DNA from: Bacteroidota bacterium
GTDB lineage: Bacteria; Bacteroidota; Bacteroidia; UKL13-3
Direction of reading: 5' to 3'
Assembly (NCBI GenBank): GCA_025359805.1
Contig: JANYDU010000046.1
Span: 20,900-84,899 of the forward strand
DNA length: 64,000 nucleotides
A program made the translations under genes and the position numbers. The notes below the pieces were generated by a model. It saw only the letters and a list, made by a program, of their open reading frames with translations, searched no databases and had not been told where the DNA came from. Position 1 is the stretch's first letter, and each line of letters begins with the position of its first letter. Positions 42,040-52,000 of this stretch are shown piece after piece.

Positions 42040-44715
42040 CTACTCAATCACAATTTTTTTATTAACGATGCCATTTGAAGTAATCATTCGTAAAAAATAA
42101 ATTCCACTTTTAAACACAGAAACATCTATTTGAGTTTGGTTATTATTGATGATTTGAAAATTTATTGAACTGGCGTTTCCTAAAATATCAATAATACTTA
42201 TTTCTTGTATTTGGTTTGATTGAATCATCAATTTATTTGAAGATGGATTTGGATAAATTTCTATATCCGCTTTTGTATTACTTAAATTTACGGCCTTTAT
42301 TTCGCTATATATATATTCTCCATCAAAGTCGATTTGTTTTAAGCGATAGTAAAATACTCCTGTTATGTTTAGCAGAGTAAAGGTATCTATAAACTGATAG
42401 CTGCTAATTGAATTTGTTGTTCCATTTCCTTTCACTCTTCCAACAGTTAGCCATTGGCTATTGGCTGTTGGCTGCAACGAACGCTGTAATTCAAATCTAT
42501 CATTATTTAGTTCACTTGCTGTTTGCCATGTACAAAGCACGTTGTTTTTATTTTGCAATTTTGCATCAAAAGCAATTAAATGAACCGGCAATACACCCGT
42601 ATTGCTAAAGGCTGTTATAAATGCATCATCACCTCCTGTACTTCCTATTGTATATTGGTATGCTCCACTATGAGATATACCTGATGATGAACCTGTTATT
42701 CCTGTAATAAATATATTGCTACTCATATCTAAAGCTATTCCATATCCCCAATCAATACCACTTCCCCCATAATAAGTTCCCCATGTACGTGCTCCGGTAG
42801 AACTGAAGTTTGCAACAAAGGCATCTGTTGTACCTCCCCCATAAGTGTTTTGATAAGCTCCTGCACTAGCCATAATAGATAAAGTAGATGCAGTGTTGGT
42901 ATTCCCTGTTATACAAATACTACTTCCACTCGCATCTGTGGCAATAGCATTTCCCGCTTCATTGCCGCTACCTCCATAATAGGTACTCCATAGTCTTACA
43001 CCATTTGGGGTAAATTTTATAATAAAAGCATCACCCGTTCCACTTGAAGTTCCTCCTCCATATATTGTTTGATAAGCACCAGATGATGCCATACCTGTAC
43101 CTGAAGCAGTTGATCCTGTTGCAACTATATTGCAATTAGTATCGGTAGTTATTCCATACCCCCAATCTTTACCATCAATACCATAGTAGGTTCCCCATAA
43201 TCTTGTTGTACCTGTGGAGTCAAACTTTACTACAAAGGCATCACCATTGCCTCCTCCATAAACGGTTTGAAAAGCTCCGGTTGAAGCAATGCCAGTGGTG
43301 GCGTATGCATATCCAGTTACAATCACATTATTTAATTTATCTGTTGTTATGGCATTTCCCTGAGATCCATTATAATATGTTGCCCATAATATACTACCTG
43401 ATGGAGCAAACTTTGCAATAAAAGTAGCAACTCCGAAACTATTAATAGTATCATAAGCACCAGATGTAGCTATGCCTGAAGCAGAGTAAGTATTTCCTGT
43501 TATTAATATATTTCCACTCGCATCTGTAGCTATTCCATATCCCCAATCTTGGCCACTTCCACCATAATAAGTCCCCCATTTACGCACTCCTGTTGAATCA
43601 AATTTTACTACAAAAACATCAAAACTTGCAGTAAGAGTTGTTTGATAAGCACCAGTTGTGGCGATACCCGAATTTGAATATGTTTTTCCCGTTACAACCA
43701 CATTATTGTTCCTATCAGCTGAAATACCATGCCCCTCATCCTGCCCTGTACCTCCATAATAAGTAGCCCACAATAATGCCCCCATCGAAGTAAATTTAGC
43801 AACAAATATATCCGAAGTACCTGCATAACTGGTTTGAAATGCTCCACTTGTTGCTACATAAATCGAAGAAGTTGTTTTTCCCGTTACTAATTCATTTCCA
43901 CTTATATCAAGTGCTATAGCATACCCCCCCTCATCTCCACTACCCCCAAAATAAGTAGCCCAAGGAATTGGGTCTATAATTAAGGTAGCTGTTTTATTAT
44001 ACCTTGGTATAGAAAAGGAGTATTCATTTAAATTAAATGAAACATAATTTACATTTATATTTTGCTGCGTTTCTTCAATAAAACTTTTGGGTATTTGCTC
44101 TTCAATATTTCCTTGTTCCAATTGTAAAATAATTTTATCATTTTGTATTGCCGTGCTTAATGCTCCCTTATATCTCCACCTTATTTGTGTTGCATCCGCA
44201 CCAGGGTGTATGATGAAGTTGTATTTAAGCTGTTCCTCTTCTTTATAAAAGTTAAGAGGAATAATAAATTCTAAGTCAATCCCATTATACAAATTAATAT
44301 AAATTACTTTCTGATAGGTTCTCACATTTAATGCCCCACTTTGGGAAGTGCCTGTTGTGTAAAAATTTTTATATTCTGATGAGGGTTGTTGGGCAATAAT
44401 TTGAGGGTTTGTATTTGCATTTATAAATTCAATATCTATCCGGTGAAAATAAATGCTATCAATCCCCTCTTGAGAAGAATTAGAGAGGCTCTCCTGCATA
44501 TAGGTATCGTAACTAAATCCATTGCTAAGTAATTGCACATTTAGGCCATTGGATGTAAACAAGTATTTTACCGCTGTATTTGGAATATTATTTTGGTTTA
44601 TAATTTGTCCTTTGTTTTCTATAAAACCAAACTGAGATTTATAATTTATTGTATAGGCATCAATAAAACTCACAATTAATAAAAATAGTACACCGTTTTT
44701 TTTTAAGGATAGCAT
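42040..44715 (-). CDS. T9SS-secreted SBBP (seven-bladed beta-propeller) repeat protein
   Basis: FIENKGQ N-domain; seven repeats of about 64 aa starting W(A/G/S)TY(Y/F); LPV..F Ig-like domain; type A CTD IYPNPS...KIVIE. Minus-strand promoter TTG-N19-TATCTTTG at 44737-44766. Confidence 0.88.
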   Translation of the reverse strand: MLSLKKNGVLFLLIVSFIDAYTINYKSQFGFIENKGQIINQNNIPNTAVKYLFTSNGLNVQLLSNGFSYDTYMQESLSNSSQEGIDSIYFHRIDIEFINANTNPQIIAQQPSSEYKNFYTTGTSQSGALNVRTYQKVIYINLYNGIDLEFIIPLNFYKEEEQLKYNFIIHPGADATQIRWRYKGALSTAIQNDKIILQLEQGNIEEQIPKSFIEETQQNINVNYVSFNLNEYSFSIPRYNKTATLIIDPIPWATYFGGSGDEGGYAIALDISGNELVTGKTTSSIYVATSGAFQTSYAGTSDIFVAKFTSMGALLWATYYGGTGQDEGHGISADRNNNVVVTGKTYSNSGIATTGAYQTTLTASFDVFVVKFDSTGVRKWGTYYGGSGQDWGYGIATDASGNILITGNTYSASGIATSGAYDTINSFGVATFIAKFAPSGSILWATYYNGSQGNAITTDKLNNVIVTGYAYATTGIASTGAFQTVYGGGNGDAFVVKFDSTGTTRLWGTYYGIDGKDWGYGITTDTNCNIVATGSTASGTGMASSGAYQTIYGGGTSSGTGDAFIIKFTPNGVRLWSTYYGGSGNEAGNAIATDASGSSICITGNTNTASTLSIMASAGAYQNTYGGGTTDAFVANFSSTGARTWGTYYGGSGIDWGYGIALDMSSNIFITGITGSSSGISHSGAYQYTIGSTGGDDAFITAFSNTGVLPVHLIAFDAKLQNKNNVLCTWQTASELNNDRFELQRSLQPTANSQWLTVGRVKGNGTTNSISSYQFIDTFTLLNITGVFYYRLKQIDFDGEYIYSEIKAVNLSNTKADIEIYPNPSSNKLMIQSNQIQEISIIDILGNASSINFQIINNNQTQIDVSVFKSGIYFLRMITSNGIVNKKIVIE

Positions 44716-44808
44716 GGCTTGTTAGTATTTGATAACCAAAGATAATTTAAAAACCCCAAAAAGCAATTCTCACAAACCGCTTCGTTACATTATTTTATTT
44801 CAATTTAA

Positions 44809-45204
44809 TTAGTCAAAAGATATATCACCAGAACCCGACATAGAAATCTGATTATATGTGGGGCACGTAGCGCACCATCCACAAACTTGATATGGAGGAT
44901 TATTAAAATGTGCATCAATGCCTATACCACTCAACAAACTATAATAATTAATTGAACCAAATATGAGACTATTTGCACCACAGTATGTCTGACAAAAAAA
45001 AACAATATCTTCTGTCGTACTTGCAGCAACAGTTAATGTGCCAGCATTATGTGAAGTGTTTGTGTTGTCAAAAAAATAAACTTCAATATCAACCGAACAT
45101 GGCGTATTATTAACTGCGGAAGCACTTACTTGTGCATAGGAATTTTTAACTCCAATAACAGTTTTATTAAATCGATAATTATTAATTTTTAACCAAAATC
45201 TACT
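44809..45204 (-). pseudogene. Start-less ORF for a small Cys-rich secreted-type protein (5'-truncated or non-canonical start)
   Basis: 131 open codons: ...KTVIGVKNSYAQVSASAVNNTPCSVDIEVYFF...FFCQTYCG...VCGWCATCPTY...ISFD*. SYA|Q looks like a cleavage site, but there is no ATG/GTG/TTG or h-region after the in-frame TAA at 45205-45207. Confidence 0.5.
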
Positions 45205-45236
45205 TTACACTTTCCTCTAATAACAAATGCCATCAT

Positions 45237-46328
45237 TCATATCTTTTGTACTACAATCGTATTTGATTTTTTAGGAGTATAAACTATTTCTCCGTTAGAA
45301 TTAAAAAAAGGAAACCGGTATAAATCTTCAGGTATAATATCAGGTATATTTTTTTCACCCATTAATTTTAGTGTTGCAGTTTCATATTCATCGATATAAA
45401 ATAGTTTATCCTTACGAACAATAACTTTTAATGTAGTTGATGAATAATAAAAATCGCAAACAGTAAATCTAATATTAAATATATCTCCTTTTTTCACTCC
45501 ATTGAAAGAAGTTTCAGGAAGGTCATTTGTGTAAAGCTTATTGACACTATTTTCAGTTGTGTTATATAAATACGGACAAGAATAAAACATCAATCTGTTT
45601 TCTTTATATATAAAGTTTAATAGCCCATAACCAATATGTTGCTCTTTGTTAAAATCAGGAAGCTCAACATCAACATAGTCTTTAAATCTCAATTTACCAG
45701 AAATATTCGTCCATTTTCCTATGAAATAATTGTTACTTTCTGATATTTTTTCTTTTGAAATTGTGAAATAAAAATTACTCCCTTCTTTATAAAAATCTCC
45801 ATCTTCTAATAAGTAATATCCTGGTTCAATATACATATCTTGAATAGCATAACTTTCAATAATTTTTCCATTTCTAATTCTTACTAAGACAAAAAAAGGT
45901 TGCATTATTATATTGCTCAAAGAATTCCCTTCTTGAATTGGCTTGGCTTCAAATCCACGTACCTTTATATATATTTCATTATCTCTATCAACATAGATTT
46001 TAATTTTACATAAACTTTGATTCATGTTATTATTATCATAATAAAATTTTGCTTTATTATATGATATTCCATTATCATTAAAATACTTATTGTAAATATC
46101 CATTTCAAAATCACTACCAAATACTACGTGATTTAATATTTTATTCGAATCCAATTGAAATTGCCATATCTCCTTATTTGTATTGCTTTTAACAGTAGCA
46201 ATATTATTTTTAATGGACAATATGCTTACATCAGTCGGGGTAATTCCAATCGGATATTTAAATGTTTTTTTTGCATACAGGCAGTTAAAAAGTAAAAAAA
46301 AACATATTAGATAAAAATATTTTTTCAT
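45237..46328 (-). CDS. Hypothetical secreted protein (beta-rich, possibly propeller-like)
   Basis: MKKYFYLICFFLLFNCLYA signal peptide; Tyr/Asn/Ile-rich; no family recognised. Confidence 0.7.
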   Translation of the reverse strand: MKKYFYLICFFLLFNCLYAKKTFKYPIGITPTDVSILSIKNNIATVKSNTNKEIWQFQLDSNKILNHVVFGSDFEMDIYNKYFNDNGISYNKAKFYYDNNNMNQSLCKIKIYVDRDNEIYIKVRGFEAKPIQEGNSLSNIIMQPFFVLVRIRNGKIIESYAIQDMYIEPGYYLLEDGDFYKEGSNFYFTISKEKISESNNYFIGKWTNISGKLRFKDYVDVELPDFNKEQHIGYGLLNFIYKENRLMFYSCPYLYNTTENSVNKLYTNDLPETSFNGVKKGDIFNIRFTVCDFYYSSTTLKVIVRKDKLFYIDEYETATLKLMGEKNIPDIIPEDLYRFPFFNSNGEIVYTPKKSNTIVVQKI

Positions 46329-46482
46329 AATAAATTGGTTAAATTAAAGGAGATGTATTAATCACTATAATTCATACATTTCGGCTTATCCTTGCTTCAT
46401 CAAAAATAAATGTGCACACCATTTAAAATAATAAAGCATTACAAATATTACCCAACATAATTTACCATCAAACAAAAAAAGG

Positions 46483-46517
46483 TGGCATGGTTTACCACTC
46501 TTTGGTAAATGATGCCA
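46483..46517. promoter_or_regulatory. Palindromic operator candidate between divergent genes
   Basis: TTTACCA-CTCTT-TGGTAAA (46491-46509) flanked by TGGCAT/ATGCCA; extra half-site TTTACCA at 46461-46467. Confidence 0.45.
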
Positions 46518-46916
46518 GTTGTTTTTTTATATTGCAATATACTTACAGAAACAAAAAACAACTCAACCTCAATTACAGATAACCAGCGCATAGGCAGAGC
46601 CATGAAGCAAATTAGGTTATCCAATAATTTAAAACCTTTTTATGTTGCCACTCATATTGGTTACACTGATGATAGTACCTATTACCGATTAGAACGAGGG
46701 GAAACAGAACATATTGATGAATCAAAAATTAGAACCTTCTGTAAATTGATGGATTGTAATATTGTTCACCTATATAAATTAGCAGGCATTGAAGTATTTG
46801 AAACTAAAATAAAAACTTGGGATGAGTTTTACAGTTTGATACCAAAGCTAAATGATGAAGAGGCAAAACATATCATCGAACTATATAAAAAATATCTCCC
46901 CCTAAAAAATCAATAG
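46509..46916 (+). CDS. XRE-family helix-turn-helix transcriptional regulator
   Basis: IGRAMKQIR...VATHIGY...STYYRLERGE HTH_3 pattern. True start may lie downstream (e.g. ATG 46602). Confidence 0.8.
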   Translation: MMPVVFLYCNILTETKNNSTSITDNQRIGRAMKQIRLSNNLKPFYVATHIGYTDDSTYYRLERGETEHIDESKIRTFCKLMDCNIVHLYKLAGIEVFETKIKTWDEFYSLIPKLNDEEAKHIIELYKKYLPLKNQ

Positions 46917-46977
46917 CCTTGGGCAGGCTGCATAAAAATACTGTAACTTAAAATGATTAATTTGAAAGTTTAAACCC

Positions 46978-47370
46978 TTATAAAAATTGCCTAATACTTT
47001 CAGCAATTTTTTTGTATTCATCAGGTGTAAATTGTTTGCGTTCGTTTTCAAAATTTAAATCGCCAATGATATTCATTGGCACTAAATGAATATGTACATG
47101 AGGAACTTCTAAACCAATAACGGCAATACCAATTCGTTTGCAAGCAATTGCTTTTTTTACAGCAGTAGCAATAATTTTTGAGAATAAATGTAAGCCTGCA
47201 AATTGCTCATCATCCAAATCAAAAATATAATCTGTTTCTTTTTTGGGTATTACTAAAGTATGTCCGGCAGCAAGTGGGCGTACATCTAAGAATGCTAAAA
47301 AATCTGTTGTTTCGGCAATTTTATAACAAGGAATTTCTCCGTTTACAATTTTTGTAAAGATGGTTGCCAT
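46978..47370 (-). CDS. HIT family nucleotide hydrolase
   Basis: IFTKIVNGEIP, GHTLVIPK, HVHIH triad. Confidence 0.95.
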   Translation of the reverse strand: MATIFTKIVNGEIPCYKIAETTDFLAFLDVRPLAAGHTLVIPKKETDYIFDLDDEQFAGLHLFSKIIATAVKKAIACKRIGIAVIGLEVPHVHIHLVPMNIIGDLNFENERKQFTPDEYKKIAESIRQFL

Positions 47371-47372
47371 AA

Positions 47373-47846
47373 TTATAATTTAATTTCTATAATCTCAAAT
47401 TGTACCACTCCTGCAGGTGCTTTTATTTCTACAATTTCGCCTAATTTTTTTCCCATTAACCCTGCACCAATTGGCGATTTTAAAGAAATTTTTCCTGTTT
47501 TAAAATCAGCTTCGCTTTCCGATACCATCATATAAATCATTTCTTGTTTTGATTTAAGATTGCGCACTTTCACTTTACTCATCATCATTACTTTGCTGGT
47601 ATCTAATTTACTCTCATCAATAACACGTGATTTACTAACGATATCATCAAGCTTAGCAATTTTTGCTTCCAATAATCCTTGATCTTCTTTAGCTGCATGG
47701 TATTCGGCATTTTCACTTAAATCACCTTTATCACGTGCATCAGCAATTTGCCTAGAAATAAAAGGACGTTGAACATGTTTCATGTCATACAATTCCTTTT
47801 GCATTTTTTCTAATCCTTCTTTCGAAACGTAATTAATATCTGCCAT
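47373..47846 (-). CDS. greA: Transcription elongation factor GreA
   Basis: GDLSENAEYHAAK, ISLKSPIG, AP.G. ATG at 47846. Confidence 0.97.
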   Translation of the reverse strand: MADINYVSKEGLEKMQKELYDMKHVQRPFISRQIADARDKGDLSENAEYHAAKEDQGLLEAKIAKLDDIVSKSRVIDESKLDTSKVMMMSKVKVRNLKSKQEMIYMMVSESEADFKTGKISLKSPIGAGLMGKKLGEIVEIKAPAGVVQFEIIEIKL

Positions 47847-47867
47847 AATCTCTTTCTTCAATTAAAT

Positions 47868-47932
47868 ATAAAAACAAAAGAAACGCTCCCTTTTTCAGAG
47901 AACGTTTCTTTTTAAAACTCTATTCAAATATA
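47868..47932 (-). terminator. Intrinsic terminator/attenuator between the porV-like gene and greA, downstream of a -7 box
   Basis: Minus strand: TATATTTG (47932-47925), then AAAAGAAACG-TTCTCTGAAAAAGGGAG-CGTTTCTTTT-GTTTTT. Confidence 0.7.
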
Positions 47933-49027
47933 TTAACTTTTTTTGCTTCCTATTAATAATCTAATACCTACATTATAAATTCCGTTAAAAACTCTTGTTG
48001 GAGCCCAAGCAAAATCAACTCCAATTGTGGTTCCATTTTTACTAATTGGAACCTGAATGGTACCACCGGCAGTAAAGCCATAATATTGGGTTCTATAAGC
48101 ATCATTAGTTGTAATACCTGATTGCCATCCATATCCACTTCTCACCATAAATGATTCTTTAAACGAATACTCAAGTCCACCTGTTAAAATATTAGAAGCA
48201 AAGGCATTGTAATTAAAATTTCCGGATGCCGTTAAACGATGAAAATAAGTATCTGCATTTTTATCTAAACGCATATCATAAGATGCACCAATATTTACTA
48301 ATGCAGGAAGGTTGTATGATTGTGACCCCATCAACGTTGTTCTTTGTGCGTTGGTAGTTTGGTTAACAATAGTTTTTAGGGATAATCCATTTCCATTAGC
48401 CGTCATATTTGGACCAATATTTCTCACACCAATTCCAAAACGAAAATCTTGTTTTTTGATTTTATTTTTGGGGTTAAGTGCTGTTTGGTATTGTACACCA
48501 GCATCAAGACCTACTCCTTGTGCACTTACACTTGTTATCCCTTCAGAAATAAACCTAAGCACCAATCCTCCCGTAATACTGTTTGAGAATGTTTTAGAAT
48601 AAGCAGCTCCAATATTTATTATTTGGGGCGAATAATTGCCAAGTGTTCCATCAGGTTGCGCTTCTGAAGTAACAGGTATATTTCCTAAATCCCATGAAGA
48701 TACGGTTAACCCCAAAACACCACCTGACGACCCTAAAGATTGTGCTAAAGAAAGTGTATTGATATTAATATTTGTGCCTTGTAAATAATTTACTCTTGCA
48801 AAAACAATTTCTGTATTTTCTGTATAAGCAAGCCCGGCAATATTATATTGAAAAGCTTCAACACCTCTAACAGAAGCTGTATTAGCGCCTCCTAATCCTG
48901 CACTTCTAGAATATGGATTAATTAGTAATTGTGTAGCTCCAGCACCTCCGGCACGATCTGGATCACCTGCATATACTGTTGAATAAAACATCAAGCCAGT
49001 AACAATTTGTAAAAAATATTTTTTCAT
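47933..49027 (-). CDS. PorV/PorQ-family outer-membrane beta-barrel
   Basis: QLLINPYSRSAGLGGA...YNIAGLA N-terminal motif of PorV-like barrels; amphipathic strands such as LDAGVQY, VRNIG, GLEY. Confidence 0.8.
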   Translation of the reverse strand: MKKYFLQIVTGLMFYSTVYAGDPDRAGGAGATQLLINPYSRSAGLGGANTASVRGVEAFQYNIAGLAYTENTEIVFARVNYLQGTNININTLSLAQSLGSSGGVLGLTVSSWDLGNIPVTSEAQPDGTLGNYSPQIINIGAAYSKTFSNSITGGLVLRFISEGITSVSAQGVGLDAGVQYQTALNPKNKIKKQDFRFGIGVRNIGPNMTANGNGLSLKTIVNQTTNAQRTTLMGSQSYNLPALVNIGASYDMRLDKNADTYFHRLTASGNFNYNAFASNILTGGLEYSFKESFMVRSGYGWQSGITTNDAYRTQYYGFTAGGTIQVPISKNGTTIGVDFAWAPTRVFNGIYNVGIRLLIGSKKS

Positions 49028-49052
49028 ATATTTATTTTTCTAATAAGTAGGA

Positions 49053-49072
49053 GCATTGGAAAAATCCAATGC
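49053..49072. other. Intergenic stem-loop inside the TBDR operon
   Basis: GCATTGGA-AAAA-TCCAATGC perfect 8-bp stem with no long U-tract on the minus strand. Confidence 0.45.
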
Positions 49073-49089
49073 CCATATTTTTTTTATTT

Positions 49090-52000
49090 TTAGAATGAAT
49101 CGTAATCGGCAGGCCTCATTACACCATACCATTTTAACATTCTTTCTTCTCCCAAATCTGTTGCATAAATATGAATGAGATAAATGCCACTCACAATTGG
49201 AACTTTAGCATCATTTTTTAAATCCCATTCTTCGTATGTTTTTGTACCATCATCACGTTTAATAGAACGTACTAAAACACCATCTATAGAATAGATATTT
49301 ATTGTACATCTTTTAGGCAGATTGGTAATTTTTATTCTGGTATCAAGCGCATTTCCCGGATCTTCATAAGTTGAGAAAGCGTAATAAGGATTTGGAACTA
49401 TATTTACAATATCAAGTGCTTTTTTGGCAAATTGCTCATTGGTTTGAGCAGCAAAACCTTTGGTACTAAATGTGTAATATGGTAATCCATGGTTTGTAGC
49501 AGTATCTGGTGGAGTTAATTGTCCAGATAAATCTTTGTAACCTCCTAATTGATAAGAAGCGTAAGGTCTTTTAACATTAATTGAAATAGTAACATCAGAA
49601 GGTATTATACCATCATACACTGATTTAAGTACTGTACTGTTTGATACTGTTGGGATGCTTGTGTACAATGCTTGCGAGTAAAATACTCTTTTACGAGTGA
49701 TGTACGCAAGTGGTGCTGATAAATTACCATTGGCATCACTTTGGTTTAATAAATCTCCCATTAACGCACTATAATTTTTACACGCATCATAACGAGTTGG
49801 AGTATATTTTATACTTCCGTTTGAAAGCGAAAACTTTTTAACTCCCATCACATATATAAAATGTTTTCCTCCAAATATAGGCGACCCTCCACGGTTATAA
49901 CTTGCAACATTTTCAGTTGGATTCCAAAGCATATCCTGTCCATTTTCTGATGGTAATGATGAATCTTCTCCAAATAAAATATTAAGTCTTTCGCCAGTTT
50001 CAACATTAATAGCATAACCAGGAAACCATCCCATCCCTGTGGGTGATATATAATCGGCAGCATCTACGTTAGTAGCCCCTGAAAGCCCACCATTATCAGT
50101 TGTTCTTCCATTTTTATCAACAGATTTAGCAAGCCTAACATCCATTTTATCTGCACCACCAACATTTATATTTTTATCTTCTCCCGTTTCTAAAACAATA
50201 CACCTCGACCATTTAGATTTATCTGAAGTAAGAACAACCTGAACACTTTGAAGATCAGATATTGGATTATCTGTTGTACCTCCCGGTTGTTGTGACCAAC
50301 CCGGACCATTACTACCCAAACTACCTGCAACTTGTTGGAACCTTGCAGCAAGTGCATAAGGAGACCAAGTGGCATTAATCATTTTACCATAATTTTTTCG
50401 AGGATCAAGTGCTCCACTTGTAGTTCCAAAATCACTTGTTTGAGCATTACTAAAAGGAGGACTAAGATCTTTTCCTGCCAACCCTGCCCTTATCCAATTT
50501 AATTGGTTAGTAATATTATAGGGTGCATAATTTGCATCTTCATCAGAAACACCTATAAGCCATGGCTTTGATTTATCATCGGCAAAAACCATACTTGATG
50601 AAATGTATCCATTGCTTAAATCTACTAATGAATTTGCATCTCCCGGAGAGATTGATTGATTAATATTAATAGATAAACCCCATTGAGGGAACAACTGCTC
50701 ATATTGATTATCAATGGTTCTTTCCGCAGCTTTGGTTTCTCCTGTGGTAAGATTACGTAAATACCAAGTTGTTTGGCTTGCTGTAAGTGCTGAATCTTTT
50801 TTAACTGATTTCGAAGAATCTTTCATAAACAAAACAAAATCGGCAGCACGCACACTTAGTGGATCTATAACTTTTACATAAACTGGTGAAGATCCTTGTA
50901 AATATGTTCTTGGATTAGATTTGTAAAGAGAATTAGAAGATAACGCTTGGTTAATACTTTGTTGTGAAAGTTGAATAGAATAACCCCCATTACCTACACC
51001 CTCATATTGAGTAACCGGAATACCATCGCCAAAATTAGAATTTATTTGTGTTCCATTGCCTCTTGGTGCAGGATCGTGTGGAGTAACTGTGTAGATATGT
51101 ATGGCATCCTCGTTAATTGTTTTACTACTTTCTAAATATTGTAGTGGATCATTTATACATGTTGTGGCTACCGAATAGGCCAATATAAAATAATTATAAT
51201 TTTGAAAATTAATTAACCCCTGATTACTTCCAGATTGGAAAAAATCCTTATTAATTAAAAATGAATGTTGGATACCTGTATTGGCACCGCTAACCATTCT
51301 TTTTGATACGTACACACCTAAATCAGGATCAAAATATTTGTTAACTACTTTTGATACGCTATCGTTTATATCAAACTGCGCTATCAATTGCGCTTGAGAT
51401 GGATCATATACATCACCCGGAATATTTGGTAATTTTACCTGAAAAACTTGATAGCCTTGAAATCTATAAGTAGTACGTGTTTCACATACCCCTTGCCCTG
51501 CAAAAGAAGTAACAAAATTTTCAACTGTTGTATCAGGAATAATAGTAAATAGCAATTGATTGTTTAATTCAACTATCGACATTTTTGGTGCAGGAGGCCC
51601 AGTAATCAATGCAAAATTATTTTTAAACAACGCATACGCTTTGTCACTTGCTTGTTTAAGTAAATTAAAAGAACCTGTTGCTCCACCTGTAGTTGCCCGA
51701 GCCCAAACCACACCAATAGTGATGGTATTAACCGCACCGGGTAATAGGCTAAACGGACCGGCTGTTTGTAAAAAACGTCTATCGCCAGGAGTATTTCCAG
51801 CAATTCTTTCTGTCCATTCAGCACGTTTTGGTATAGCAGGATCGGTTGTACCTGGAAACATAAAACTTGCCGTATCAGAACCTCCATGTCCATTTCCTCC
51901 ATAAGTAATTGGAGTGGCATCTTTCCATCTTCCATTTAAGTATCCCCAATAATGTTCTGGTCGTTGAGGATTTCCTTGCTGACTAAAATCATTATTATAG

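Noticed and set aside
42600-43970. Recurrent CCATAATAAGT-like motifs about every 190 nt
   Set aside because: These are coding SBBP propeller repeats, not a CRISPR array or DGR repeat; no cas or reverse transcriptase gene is nearby.
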